NCBI GenBank assembly: GCA_002633005.1 | Contig: NMRA01000220.1 | Location: 602,819 to 666,818 of the forward strand | Length of the DNA stretch: 64,000 nucleotides | Direction of reading: 5' to 3' | From: Phoronis australis | Lineage: Eukaryota > Animalia > Phoronida | Shown: piece by piece, positions 1-11,430 of the stretch | Position numbering within the stretch: position 1 is the stretch's first letter | Layout of the letters: the number at the start of each line of letters is the position of its first letter | Notes under the pieces: model-generated | What the model was told of the DNA's origin: nothing | The model's database searches: none | Seen by the model: the letters and a program-made list of their open reading frames with translations, nothing else | Translations under genes and position numbers: made by a program

Positions 1-139
1 ATGGAGGGAGGTCGGGAGGGGGAAAACCTGGAAATTTTTCGATTTTTCCTCTAAAAATCAAGCATTTCCTTTATTCCCGAAGTATAATCTGAGAAAAAAA
101 GGCAAAAAATGGAGAAAGTGTCACACAGGAAAAACTACG

Positions 140-207
140 AGTTTCACAGACTCGAACTCACGGCCTGGCGGATAGGGCGCGCACGCTTTACCACTACACA
201 ACCACGA
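140..207 (-). mobile_element. tRNA-derived SINE head / tRNA-like remnant
   Basis: Minus strand reads CGTGGTTGTGTAGTGGTAAAGC...GAGTTCGAGTC, i.e. Pol III A-box and B-box-like motifs at tRNA spacing; no clean cloverleaf. Confidence 0.45.
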
Positions 208-835
208 TTTCACTCCTTATTTGATCCTAGGAGACCTACTTGTTTATAGTCCACAGCGTTTGCGCGCGAAACTTCCATCTTTTTGTAATGTTCATTACAT
301 GTTTTATATTTTGTGATATCAGCTCGTAACAAATTTGATGTATTTAAAATAGTCTTAAATTGCCCAAAAGACCAAATCCGTTTTTTGTGTTTGCAATGAT
401 GACGCGATTGCTTTGGAAATCGGTTAGACAAAGAGAGAATTATGAGTTTCTGAGTGATTCACTAAGGGTTCGATTAAAACTGACATCTTACCAGCAGCTT
501 CTGTTTTTTCATCATCACTCGGATTCCATTTTCTTTAAAAAATGAAGTAATTTTCTTCATAGCACAGTGCAGCAGACGACGGAAACGGAGTCGTAGTGCC
601 TTGCGCCACTGCTGGTCGCCTGGGATATCGCGGAGAAGCCTATACTTAGGCATAGTTCCGTTACGATTGCGCCGTGTTCCGAATTTGACACTTGATTTTG
701 GATCTGAGCCCCCCAAACACTAAAACTGCACACATTTAAATATTGTTTCAGCCGTGTAATTTTAATTATCTGTCGGAAGTTAATTAATAAACTCAACATT
801 TCCCGACGTTCTTGTTTTATTTTTTTGCGGCAACC

Positions 836-879
836 AAGGGGGGGGGCTGGCCCCCTGCTCCCCCCTAAATCCGCCGATG
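836..879. mobile_element. Terminus of hAT-like MITE (GGGGGG..CCCCC..CCCCCTAAATCCGCC end)
   Basis: Same terminal motif family as 41043-41270 (GGCCCCCTAAATCCGTCACTG); partner end not found. Confidence 0.4.
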
Positions 880-981
880 TATTTTAACTAGATTAGTAAA
901 CCTGAATCACTCGTGCTTCTAGATGTGACTGAAAATCGTGTATGATATTACTGTAAAATATCAGGATTGACCAATACTTAC

Positions 982-1588
982 TTCTATGGCTCCCAGGTGT
1001 GTCTGCCAAAGGTAACCAGAGACTTCAGTGGCCGATGAAAAATAAAATTTCTTCGTGGTATCAATAAGTAGCTTTGAACTCGCATCGTACAGAACGTAAG
1101 ATCTGGCCTCTCGTACATTTAGAGCTACGTCCACAACTGTCAGAACAATTGCGAAGAATTGAGGCTCACTGGTCAAGTTGAAACGCACAGTCGTATTTGA
1201 AGGACCCAAGGTGATGGGTCCAAATCTGACCGGTGTAAACACCATGCCGACAGAAGAAGACGATCGCTCTGTTATATCATAGACGTTGAGGACAAATTCC
1301 TTCAGTCCAGATGGATTTGTACCGAAATCATTCCAACCTGAAAAGTCTAAGTTGATCGTTCCGGTTTTGCGTATTCTGTCTCCAAACGTCATATATTCCG
1401 TAAATGAATTACACTTGTTCGCGCCACTTTCACGTGAGCAGTGAGTGGGCTTAGTGAAATCCATCCGCATACACACAGTCTTTGCACGTGGAACGTCCCT
1501 GTTCTTTTGCGTTTTGTAAAAATTATTGGTATTTGGGTCACCATAATGGGTATATCCACCGGCAACAACTTTGAATTCTGCACATAAC
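982..1588 (-). CDS. Gene A exon (KLCAEFKVVAGG...DFTKPTHC...WNDFGTNPSGL...ARSYVLYD...YLWQTHLGAIE); gene continues beyond left edge
   Basis: Acceptor ttccgtag|G at 1588, donor GAA|gtaagt at 982; 607 bp open, phase 2 in and phase 0 out, matching the phase-2 end of exon 3738-3891. Confidence 0.9.
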
Positions 1589-3171
1589 CTACGGAAACAA
1601 AATTATTTTAGCACCACCAATTATTCATTAGGTTCATCTGAATGTAGTTATTTGACTTCCAAGTAGATCTCGAGGGGGAGGGGTTGTAAAAAATGATTAG
1701 CTACCCGGTTGGGTTAGAGTTCAACGCAGCGTTACTTAGGGTATGCTGAAACTACGAACTCCTACAGGCAATTGGAATAAATCATAACGAAATCAATCCG
1801 AACACAATTCCCTATGGATTTCACAGAAAATAAACTGTGACCGATTTCAGTTGGTCACGGATTGAAAAGGTAAAAACAAATTTATCGACTCCTTAGTCAA
1901 GTCAACGCCATCAACTGAATGTGTATGGAAGCCACTGAAATAGCATTTCGTTCACAAAACAAAACTTGCAACTCGCTCAGGAATTACGAAATTCCCGAAT
2001 AGATGAGCTGGTTACTTGGGGTGGTTTATCACGGCGTTGAAGCCTCTCATTGGAGCAAGCATTTAAGTTCATTTAATCTATGACTTCGACATGTACATGT
2101 ATGATTAGGAACGATAACCCACCGCATCAAAATAAAACGAATGGTTTTACATCAAATCACGAACTAAAACAATTGTTTCTAAAGATGGCCTTCCCTGTGC
2201 TATCATTTGGAAAATTATCTAGCGTGTTTCTATAATACTCCAAATTACGATACGACTTCGATGCATTCAAGACTCGTAATTTATACAACACTAGAAGGGG
2301 CAAGAACCGTTCCAAGTGTTCACAGCAAGCAGTGAATGGAAACTTTTTGAACTTCCAATACGACGTTACGCAATTCCCTTCCGAAATAATTATAAATCCC
2401 ATTCTGCCATGTTATACATTATTTACTATTTGCATTGTACAATGATATTTTAGTATTGATCAAAGTGGATATAAGTTTAAAATTGTGACATTGTCTCGGT
2501 TTCATGCCCGTTCCTCTTTAATCGCATGATGGACAATCTAAATATTTATTTTATTATTCTTCTCATAATTTCAATGTGTACCTTTACCATTGGAATGTGC
2601 ACTTGTCATGCGTTATCAAATAAAGTATAAACTCAAATCAAATTAAATTCACAGTTCTGCAACATACCGATAAATTTGTCAAATAACCTTCTTCGAATGT
2701 TTGAACAAGGAGAGGGAGGCAAGTCCAGTGATAGCAATTCTAATTGTACCAACACCTGTATGGAAGTGTCTGTCCTTATAACGAACAATAAACCCTATCG
2801 CTACATGAGCGTACATGCGCATGTATAAATGAGTGATGTGACAAATTCCTGACAATCGATGAACAATCAACATAAACCAATGACAATAAATGTGGCATCA
2901 ATTAGCACCTACCTACATGTACCTGCACTCAAGACATTTTTACAGGTTCAGTATAGTCGCTTCCCATTGTCCGACACGATATTCATTTGTTTCAAGAAAG
3001 TGGAGATACACAAAGACTCTTTCATGTCCATCGGGAAACAATATACTATCTCATGTTCCAATGCTTACGGCAGTATTAAGCAGTGTGCAACTAACAGGAG
3101 CAGTGCGGATAAACCATTTCTATATTTTTACCTTATTTCCACGTACACACCAGAGTGCAGATTTGAACGTC

Positions 3172-3322
3172 TAGGGTAGGAAGATGCCACCCGGAACATC
3201 TCGGGTATTTTTTTGCTGCCGACTTTGCAGAATGATGCGATCACTCAATCTCCCATTCAAAAGTCACACGACTTGCCGTATGACTCAAGTCTACACGCAC
3301 ACACACGCACACGCGCACGCGC

Positions 3323-3360
<38 letters not shown>

Positions 3361-3413
3361 AACGTTTACCCTTCGAGGGAAAATTTGAGGCAGCGAAAAT
3401 ACCCGAGGTAATA
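3172..3413 (+). mobile_element. Short non-autonomous element with subterminal inverted repeats around a (CA)n tract (HINE/Helentron-like layout)
   Basis: CTCGGGTATTTT..GCTGCC (~3200-3220) is inverted to GGCAGCGAAAATACCCGAG (3389-3407); (CA)n lies between them. Confidence 0.45.
3293..3356. repeat. (CA)n/(CACG)n microsatellite
   Basis: Directly visible. Confidence 0.95.
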
Positions 3414-3737
3414 ACCACAAATGTTCGTGAGGTCAAAACATGACATATGGAGTTGACTAACTATTACCCTGTACTTATCATACGCAATCCAGCACGAACG
3501 CAATCGCCCAAGACCATGTATTTTAGGATTTTTGGTTTCAATGCACTGACAAGACAATAGGTGCGTCTAGAACTACATTCAACGAAAGTCACATATCAAC
3601 ATTTCTTTGGATCATAAGATCCTGACCGTCTCACTGTGGACACTGATTGAGTGGGAAGTAGGCCTCTCATGGGGGCTCGTTGGCGTTTTGCTCCGAATAG
3701 GAAAACACGAAATGGACTTAATATGCAAAGGTCTTAC

Positions 3738-3891
3738 TTGTCTCCGTCACTAAATGATGTGTAAGAAAAGTCGTGATCGATGTCGCACTTGATCTGATCT
3801 GTGGGTTGTCCAGTTCCGTCCCCGTATGGTCCTTTTGGTTCACATGTCCCGTCACCCGGCATAGTGTATGTGATGATGTCTACATCTGCAC
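3738..3891 (-). CDS. Gene A exon (GADVDIITYTMPGDGTCEPKG...IKCDIDHDFSYTSFSDGDK)
   Basis: Acceptor ttgcag|GT at 3891, donor AA|gtaaga at 3738; phase 1 to 2, frame-compatible with both neighbours. Confidence 0.85.
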
Positions 3892-5197
3892 CTGCAATGT
3901 TTCTAGCTTTGACTTTAAGGAATAAACCATAACTGATGGGCAACAATACTTAGAGGAAGTTGGGAATTTGGATGTCATGGTGAATACTGAGGACCTCCAA
4001 TTCCGCTACACGTGAATTATGGACAAGTCCTGTAGCAGATGAGCAGCACATGTACACCAAAGGTTCAAAATACCCTTTGCTACACTGTGCGTGTATGTGT
4101 GGGCGTTCCGTGGAGACGCTATTCGCGCCCATCTTTGAAGCACATTTCAAATCGTTTGCCATTTCAACCGTGTTACTAAAGCGACATTCTGTCCGTGTAA
4201 TGTTGCATATCAGGTTACATGACGTGAGCAACAGCTATTCCTAAATGTCACAGGCTTATCCACTGTAAACATTCGAACCAACGCGATCTATACCATCAAA
4301 ACCATAGCAAATGTTAAGCGATATTAAGCGCACGTGTGTGAAGTGAATTTGCCGCGTTTTCAAATGCTCGAAAACGTCGATTAACGAGCAACGAGCGCCT
4401 TTGCAAGAACTTCCAAACAGCGCAAGTCAAGAACTTTCTCGCCTTTATTCCATACCAGCCTTTGTTAATATTACATTGTGACTGTTCAGTGATTCCTCGT
4501 TACACTATTTCCAACCACGTCCCAATTGTTCGAATTTCAGTAACTGCATTGATGTTATTGCTTTCGTTTGCATCACGTAATATCCAACTGACTTTGTTTA
4601 CAAAAGTTATTTACGAACCCTATTCTCGCCTGCTGTCATTGCGAACTCAGTTACTTTAGTTGACATGACATGCATACGTACATGTCAACCAATACGGGAA
4701 TTACATGTACATGTACGTATTTACTGCGTATTTTTGCCGTCTCATTAGTGCTACGGAGTAGCATCGAAATGATGCGTATTTTTTGGTAATTGAGTACTTT
4801 TTGCCGATATTTAAACTAAAGTATTCAAACCTTCGCTTTGGCTTTTACTGCATATCTCTTTGTCAAAATAATCTCATATCACGAGCCTTGCTAAAAATGG
4901 CCAAAGGAGTTACCAAGGTGTACATGTACAACAGTTACCCACAACCATTACATAACTGTAGACATAAGAGCCTCTAATAGGTAAGTATACATGCAATGCA
5001 TTTTAACACTATACCATATTTTGATTCATTGTCGTCAGTGCTATAACTTGCCATGATTTTTTACAAAAACTGCTATGGTTAGAGCAAAAATGGTAGACAT
5101 CTTTGTGCATATACATGAACGAACGATATTTCCCCATATTCAATTCTTGGTTCACTAATTGACGCAGCTTTACTGACGCCAGCGTAAGCTCTCATAC

Positions 5198-5458
5198 CTG
5201 CGGGTTTCTTGAACATTTTCACAGAACTCTTTGTAATTCCGTACTTGAAGTCTCTGACATACGGCAAATTGGTGTATGGTGGGTGCTGGAAGTTTGCCTC
5301 TAAGTCTAATTGGAGTTTCTTGGGAACAAATTTAACCCACTCGTCCCCCTCGGTGTAACATCTGGTGGATCCTGGCACAGTCGGCTGACTTTGTCGCCGT
5401 TCACCACTCGGGCTCTTCACGGTAAACTTGCACAAGTCCAACTCAGGTATTATTGTCA
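5198..5458 (-). CDS. Gene A exon (LTIIPELDLCKFTVKS...YVRDFKYGITKSSVKMFKKPA)
   Basis: Acceptor gattgcag|TG at 5458, donor GCAG|gtatga at 5198; 261 bp, phase 1-1. Confidence 0.88.
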
Positions 5459-5856
5459 CTGCAATCAGATATTGTATTAAACCAGGTTACTGCAGTCACA
5501 TATTGTATTAAATCAGTTTACTAGAATCACATATTGTATTAAATCAGCTTACTGCAATCACATATTGTATTAAATCAGCTTACTGTAATCACATATTGTA
5601 TTAAACCAGCTTACTAGAATCACATATTGTATTAAATCAGTTACTGCAATCACATATTGTATTAAATCAGCTTACTGTAATCACATATTGTATTAAACCA
5701 GCTTACTAGAATCACATATTGTATTAAATCAGCTTACTGTAATCACATATTGTATTAAACCAGCTTACTAGAATCACATATTGTATTAAATCAGTTACTG
5801 CAATCACATATTGTATTAAATCAGTTACTGCAATCACATATTGTATTAAATCAACT
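5458..5856. repeat. 30-31 bp minisatellite, ~13 copies (ACTGCAATCACATATTGTATTAAATCAGCTT)
   Basis: Direct tandem copies with GC/GT/AG variants after ACT; first unit overlaps the exon acceptor. Confidence 0.95.
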
Positions 5857-5868
5857 CACTACAATCAT

Positions 5869-5946
5869 ACCCAGATCTAATGCCTCTACCCAGATCTAAT
5901 GCCTCTTACCCAGATCTAATGCCTCTACCCAGATCTAATGCCTCTT
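5869..5946. repeat. 19-20 bp tandem repeat x4 (ACCCAGATCTAATGCCTCT)
   Basis: Directly visible. Confidence 0.9.
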
Positions 5947-6009
5947 GGCGCTTTCTGGGTGATGTATATTCATTGTATTCTGAAGATTTCGTAATAAACA
6001 TTAAAAAAA

Positions 6010-6183
6010 GATCATACAGTGTATTTGATCAGCTTACTACAATCACATATTGTATTAAATAAGCTTACTAAAATCACATAGTGTATTTGATCAGCTTACT
6101 GCAATCACGTATTGTATTAAATCAGCTTACCACATTCACATATTGTATTAAATCAGCTTACTAAATCACTTATTGTAGTAAAT
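6010..6183. repeat. Second, more diverged block of the 31-bp minisatellite (~5 copies)
   Basis: Units such as GCTTACTGCAATCACGTATTGTATTAAATCA. Confidence 0.85.
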
Positions 6184-7666
6184 ACATGTAACCTTACTGC
6201 TAACGCCTTCAACTACGATAATTGAACATTAGGCTCATAAGGTGAACTTTTGAGGACATAACTAACAGGTGGCAAATTAGCTGTTATCAAAACAGGACAG
6301 TTGCTCTGTTTTCCAACAATGTTCTGAAATAGCCAACTAGAGCATCGTAAATCGACGATTCACATTGATATATCATAAGAAACTTAACTGCACCTACATG
6401 TACTAGTTTGGTACTAGGATCCAATAAACACGGGGAAACAACAGTGCGAAGCTAAAATTATTGTAAACTGGCATGTGGTGCCCCATTTGACAACGGTCGT
6501 TCACAGCTGTCGCATGGATCTGCCACTGGGAATGGAGACATTCGCTTTAAATACTGTATTAGGATTGCAATAATCGACGTGTCGTAAAAACCTTGACTTG
6601 ATAACTTACACGCTGTCTTTTTAAACAAGTTCACCAATAAATCGATTGTCGAAGGGCGGTGCAAAATATGTACTCATATCGAAGACAAGAACACTATGCG
6701 CACAATTTGTGTCTTTACAGGAGGCGCACGAGACCACCACGTCAATACACTCCCGTAAAAATATTTTTTGACAAATTATCCTGTTTTGAACTTAGAGGCA
6801 TATAGTGTAATTGAAAATATTCCGTGTTTCTGACATTTGTGAACTGAAATTAAGTGCGCACTTCTCAAGTAACTAACGAACAAGGTCAATATTAATACCT
6901 TGAAACAACAGTGCAATCGCCACAATTTGGTCCCTAATCAAAATGAAAATTCTTCAAATGGCATTGCAAACTAGGTAAAACGTGGTAAAAACCGTCATTG
7001 CCGTGTAATCAGAATCAGAATCTACTAACACCTAAAGTAGAAAGATCTGTCAAAATTTATTAGTGCTGCAGTCGTCAGGGTCGCAACTTATTAGCAGATT
7101 ATGTTGAGGATAGGGGAATTTTGCAGCAGTCGACACCACAGAGAACTTTTCTACCTTCTCCCTAAAAGAAGTTTCGTGAATTTTTAAAAATGTGGGAATT
7201 CTATATAAAGTAACTGCCACCAGGAGACTTAACGGTCGTTTGAACCGCAGCAAATTGTCGGGTGTGGTTTTCAATTGAAAAGAATATGAATGTGTATATG
7301 TCACTTGCTTTCCTAGTACTGAGTGCGCCTGGCGACAGACATAAGAAGTAAATACGATTCTATTGTATGTATACGTGAGCACGTGAAAACATTAAGATTT
7401 CATGTAAACGTTGTCCTCAACGAACTCAAGGTTTTGTCACCGTACTAGGCTATCGCTAATGGCCGCCTACACACGCTGTTATATACGTGTTTATTGCAGT
7501 TGCCTAACCCTAAAATTGCAGATTGGAAAATGGCGCCCGTACACACTTGTATTGGTGGCTCACTCGACCGGATGAGCTCGGTCATGTTTTTAAACCCTAA
7601 GCGTTTCGGTTAATATTTCAACAGCTACATATGCGAAATGTAGCTTTAAATTTTAACATAACGTAC

Positions 7667-7780
7667 GGTCGCAAACACCACTTCCAGTGTCCGAGAAGCC
7701 TGCTGCGCATGCACAAGTGCTTGGATATCCATTGCTGCATACTCCAGGGAAACAATGATGTCCAACCCAAGAACAGCGAG
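7667..7780 (-). CDS. Gene A exon, EGF-like Cys-rich module (RCSWVGHHCFPGVCSNGYPSTCACAAGFSDTGSGVCD)
   Basis: Acceptor ttttttcag|CT at 7780, donor GACC|gtacgt at 7667; 114 bp, phase 1-1; six Cys with CxC..GF..C spacing. Confidence 0.9.
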
Positions 7781-8499
7781 CTGAAAAAAGTTCCAAAATG
7801 AGACGATACATGCAATTTGTGTCAGGTTTAAAGAAAATTTTTCGTACTTGATAAAGACTAATCAAGCATAATGCGTAAGTAAGCAAATCAGGTCAAAAAC
7901 AGGACGCTGAAACAAAATTTACGAGTTCGGCATCTTAGTATTAAGCCAATTGTCTAAATAGTAACACACCTGTTGTGAACCGTCTACAAACGGAAATCTT
8001 CGGGGTACAGCAATTTCCATTACACACTCAAAATAAGAGTTGGTCTGTCAACTGGATGACAGTCTGGTAGGCGTAGACATATTAATAATTTGATTTCTGG
8101 GGACTAATACCATCTATCGTATTTACCTATACTTACAAAATAAAATGAAAAAAGGAAAATTTTAAGAGGTGCAAAAACGATGCTCACCTAGCAAAAATCC
8201 AAAATTGTATTCATGAAACTGTAAAAACTATCCAACCTGGTCTTCAGAGGGAAGTGAAGTTCCTAATACCTAACTACAGTAAGTCGAAACTCTGACCCGG
8301 AAGAAAGAAACAAGAAAAAAACATAAAGGTTTCTCCGTACAAAAAAATAGGTGGCAATTCTCTAGATTTATAAGCTTCACAAATTGACTGTCTCAGAATT
8401 ACCGACGATAGACAAAATTGGTCATTTTGAAAATTGGCAATGCGTGTGTTGCAAACAATTGAAACATGTATGTTCAGATAAATGATGTGAAGGTGCAAT

Positions 8500-9050
8500 G
8501 TAATTTTTTATTTGTAATAAAAATTATTACGGTTTTAAATCAACTTGACGTGTTTCGGTGTCATTTATTCAAACACCATCATTAGAAGAGAGAATATGGT
8601 TGCCACCTAGCTAGACCCAGCAACAGGTGATGGAACATAAAAAAACAGTTACATGGAGTGACAATAAACAAGACCAACAATGACAACCTGTGGTGTGCCA
8701 GTTGCCTATTGAGATTATGCTTGCACCAACTGATTTGTAGAGCCTCACGAAATTTTAAGCTCCTTTGTTGCTTCTGTTTCGTCTATTATTGCAAATTCAT
8801 TGAAAGAGCATTGCTGATAACAAAGATTGGAGATCTGTAGATGAATATTTAAATGTGAACCTCAGTCAGAATTTAGATGTTCCCTGGTCCTGGTTTTTAA
8901 ATGGCGAACAGTTTCGCCTAAAAACTGGAGCCACATCCAGCACAGATAAAGTTGTACACTACCCTGGACCGTAGACCCACAGGAATTTTGTCCTTAGGGT
9001 CAATGCCAATTCACAATACAAATACTCATGGTGTATCCAAGATCATTAAA
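8500..9050 (-). mobile_element. Penelope-like retroelement 3' remnant (GIY-YIG endonuclease, stops/frameshifts)
   Basis: Manual translation: KDKIPVGLRSRVVYNFICAGCGSSF-GETVRHLKTRTREHL...FAIIDE...LKI-EALQISW..NLNRQ, which follows the typical PLE GIY-YIG pattern. Confidence 0.85.
8544..8588 (-). ncRNA. Degenerate minimal hammerhead ribozyme of Penelope pLTR type
   Basis: Minus strand: CTT-CTAATGA-T-GGTGT..ACACC-GAAA-CACGTC-AAG. The core is CTAATGA instead of CTGATGA; it lies just 3' of a GIY-YIG remnant. Confidence 0.6.
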
Positions 9051-9206
9051 TGTAGAGCTCTAATAGGCGCAGCATCACGCATTGGCACATGGGCATACAT
9101 TGACATTTGTACTGTATATTGTAAAGGTAATTTCGTCTCCCTTGATTTTCATGACAATTAGCCAATTCTTTCATTGCCGGTGTGATTTGCATAAAAATGT
9201 ACTTAC

Positions 9207-9356
9207 GGTCACATTTTGTCAACGCACTATTAGGCGTAAAAGCACACTTGTGTAGAATGGATTGGTATTGAAGATTGCACTCGAAGCATTTCTTATTACT
9301 CGGCCCTTCGTCACATCTCATATGAGCACAGTTGGCCACCTCAGCGCGTGGACAAG
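9207..9356 (-). CDS. Gene A exon, Cys-rich module (CPRAEVANCAHMRCDEGPSNKKCFECNLQ...LTKCD)
   Basis: Acceptor tttctaacag|CT at 9356, donor GACC|gtaagt at 9207; 150 bp, phase 1-1. Confidence 0.9.
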
Positions 9357-9375
9357 CTGTTAGAAAGGACATTAA

Positions 9376-10338
9376 AGTGTACACAACATGACTCTAGTAC
9401 CTCAAAATAAATTTTATTATTATATCTTACTAGATTTCAGTGCCTTTAGTGCACAGCTCATAAAGAAACACGCAAAAATTGAAAAAATAATAATTATGTA
9501 CCACGTCATGGGTTGAGCCCAAGTCGTTCGCCATACTGTTCGGATCAGAGACATAGTGTATAGAGTGAAGAGAAAGCAAAGTACATTTAGTGTCGAGAAG
9601 GTTCGTAGAGGGACCAAAAGATGTGTTTCCGGAGGCTGCAGCAACAGCAGCCATGCAGAGAACGTCTCGGTGTTCCGAAGGACACCAAAGTTGCGCAGAA
9701 GTGGCATAGCTTCGTGCGCCGAACGAGAGTGTGGGACTCATCGTGGACCAAGCGATTCGGTCCGGGGCCACTCTGTGTTCTGCCCACTTTGAGGACTCGT
9801 GTTTCGACTCCAGTCACAGGAGACGTTACGATGAAGGCCTGGTTCAACAAAGGACAATAAACATCATTCAGAAACATCAGCTCTTAATTCAGGATCGTCT
9901 GTTGGATGACTGGGTTGACTCGCTGAGCCCGAGGCCGCTTCTCTCGCGGGAGGATCCAGTTCGTAAGGCTCAAAGTAGAAAAGAACGCGCTGCCGGAAGC
10001 ACATTAAACTTATTGTCGCTTTCGTGCAATCCCATTTCCTCATCCTGGCCACCATTCCCGTACGTTTCTTCATAGTATTCGTTCAATTCTTGCTCATAAT
10101 CGTCGTCGCTTTCAAATTTCCTGCTCTCCGCCATTGTTCAATGCTAGTCACTGATCTCTTGTGTTCAACCCATGACGTCACATGGCGGGAAATGTGAAAA
10201 TTAGCAAAATTGAAAGAAAAATCAAAATTTCGAGTTAATTACACAAAATAAACATGGGTTTAGCTAAATTTTACGTCATACATTTAGTCTGTGGCCACCG
10301 GTAATTCAAAATGTGCAAAAATCCATGGTGTGTACTGT
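9376..10338. mobile_element. Internally deleted Kolobok-type DNA transposon (THAP remnant on +, second-protein remnant on -)
   Basis: TTAA at 9372-9375 and 10339-10342; imperfect TIRs (GTACACAACATG / CATGGTGTGTAC); inner inverted motif ACGTCATGGGTTGA / TCAACCCATGACGT. Frameshifted THAP zinc finger KRCVSGGCSN...KWHSFVRRTR...LCSAHFEDSCF (~9615-9830). Convergent acidic ORF from ATG 10134 containing FYFEPY...DVSE*C. Confidence 0.8.
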
Positions 10339-11328
10339 TTAAAGATCATTGACAACTTCACAGTTGACCAAAGCTGTCTTGGAAAAGGTACAGTAGTTAT
10401 TATACGTTTTGACGTTTTCAAACTGCTATAAATCCGTCTTCTGTCACAAACATAAACTTTTAATTTTGACTACTTATCAGTATGAAATTAACCTCAAGAT
10501 GTTCGTAGTTAAACTGAAATGATCCCAAGGCTTTGAAAATTATTACCGGCTCCCTATTGCTTAAGGCTCCACTTCACAATGCTAAACTGCATTTTGTGCG
10601 CTGACCATGGTGTCAAGGAATAACGAATTGCCAGTTCTTTAAGACGGCAGTTTCTCTCCTTAGCCACAACGCAGGTTCGTACCCTCATTAACTTTTAATT
10701 CCTGTGCATTTAAACAGTCCCAATTGGCCCATTATCAAAAAATCGGAGACGGCGCATTGCTATGGATTGTGCAGGATTCAAATCCGAACGAAATTTAACC
10801 AGTAAAAAACAGTACTTTTATGAACATTCAAAGTCGAGAAATGGCATGAATTGCGTATCTCCCAAAATTGTTACTCTAAAAAGATCCAAAATGGACACCA
10901 ATCTAATTTCAAATGAGAAATATTTTCTTTTGGATACCAAGAGATTAAGTAAGGCTAAATTTAAACATGTCGCACATCTATGAAGTTTAACCCGCACGTC
11001 TTGCCCAAAGTTAATATAACATGTTATAAAATAACTTTGAACGTGTACGTGAACATGTATGTGAATTCAAACATTTTTAACCAGCGAAAGGAGGGAAACT
11101 CATCAGTCATTGATAAAGACCTTGCGGACCAGATTGAAACGTCTGCAGTCAATCTACATCGTCTCAAAGTTAGTGGTTGTCTTATACTGCTATATGTACG
11201 TAATCACTTTGTCTATTACTTAAACAACAATAATAGGCGTTTAATACTCAATCTGCACACATCGTCTCCATTGCGAGAAGTTTGCAACTTTCAACGTCTG
11301 GGAAGACGTAGCAGAAGTAAAAACTTAC

Positions 11329-11430
11329 GATCACAACGTGGCGAATAATACTCATCGGCACAGTTGGAGCAGTAGTTAGGGCTTACACAAGTACCTCCGT
11401 TGGGGCATGATGTTGACCCAAAACAAACAG
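11329..11430 (-). CDS. Gene A exon, EGF-like domain (VCFGSTSCPNGGTCVSPNYCSNCADEYYSPRCD)
   Basis: Acceptor gttacag|CT at 11430, donor GATC|gtaagt at 11329; 102 bp, phase 1-1; C.NGGTC..P..C motif. Confidence 0.92.

Noticed and set aside
3892-4029. Longer version of the 3738-3891 exon from acceptor ctacag at ~4030
   Set aside because: Contains an in-frame TAA at 3950-3952; the acceptor at 3891 gives an open frame.
5458-6183. 31-bp repeats as a CRISPR array
   Set aside because: Units are head-to-tail with no unique spacers, there are no cas genes, and the context is a eukaryotic intron.
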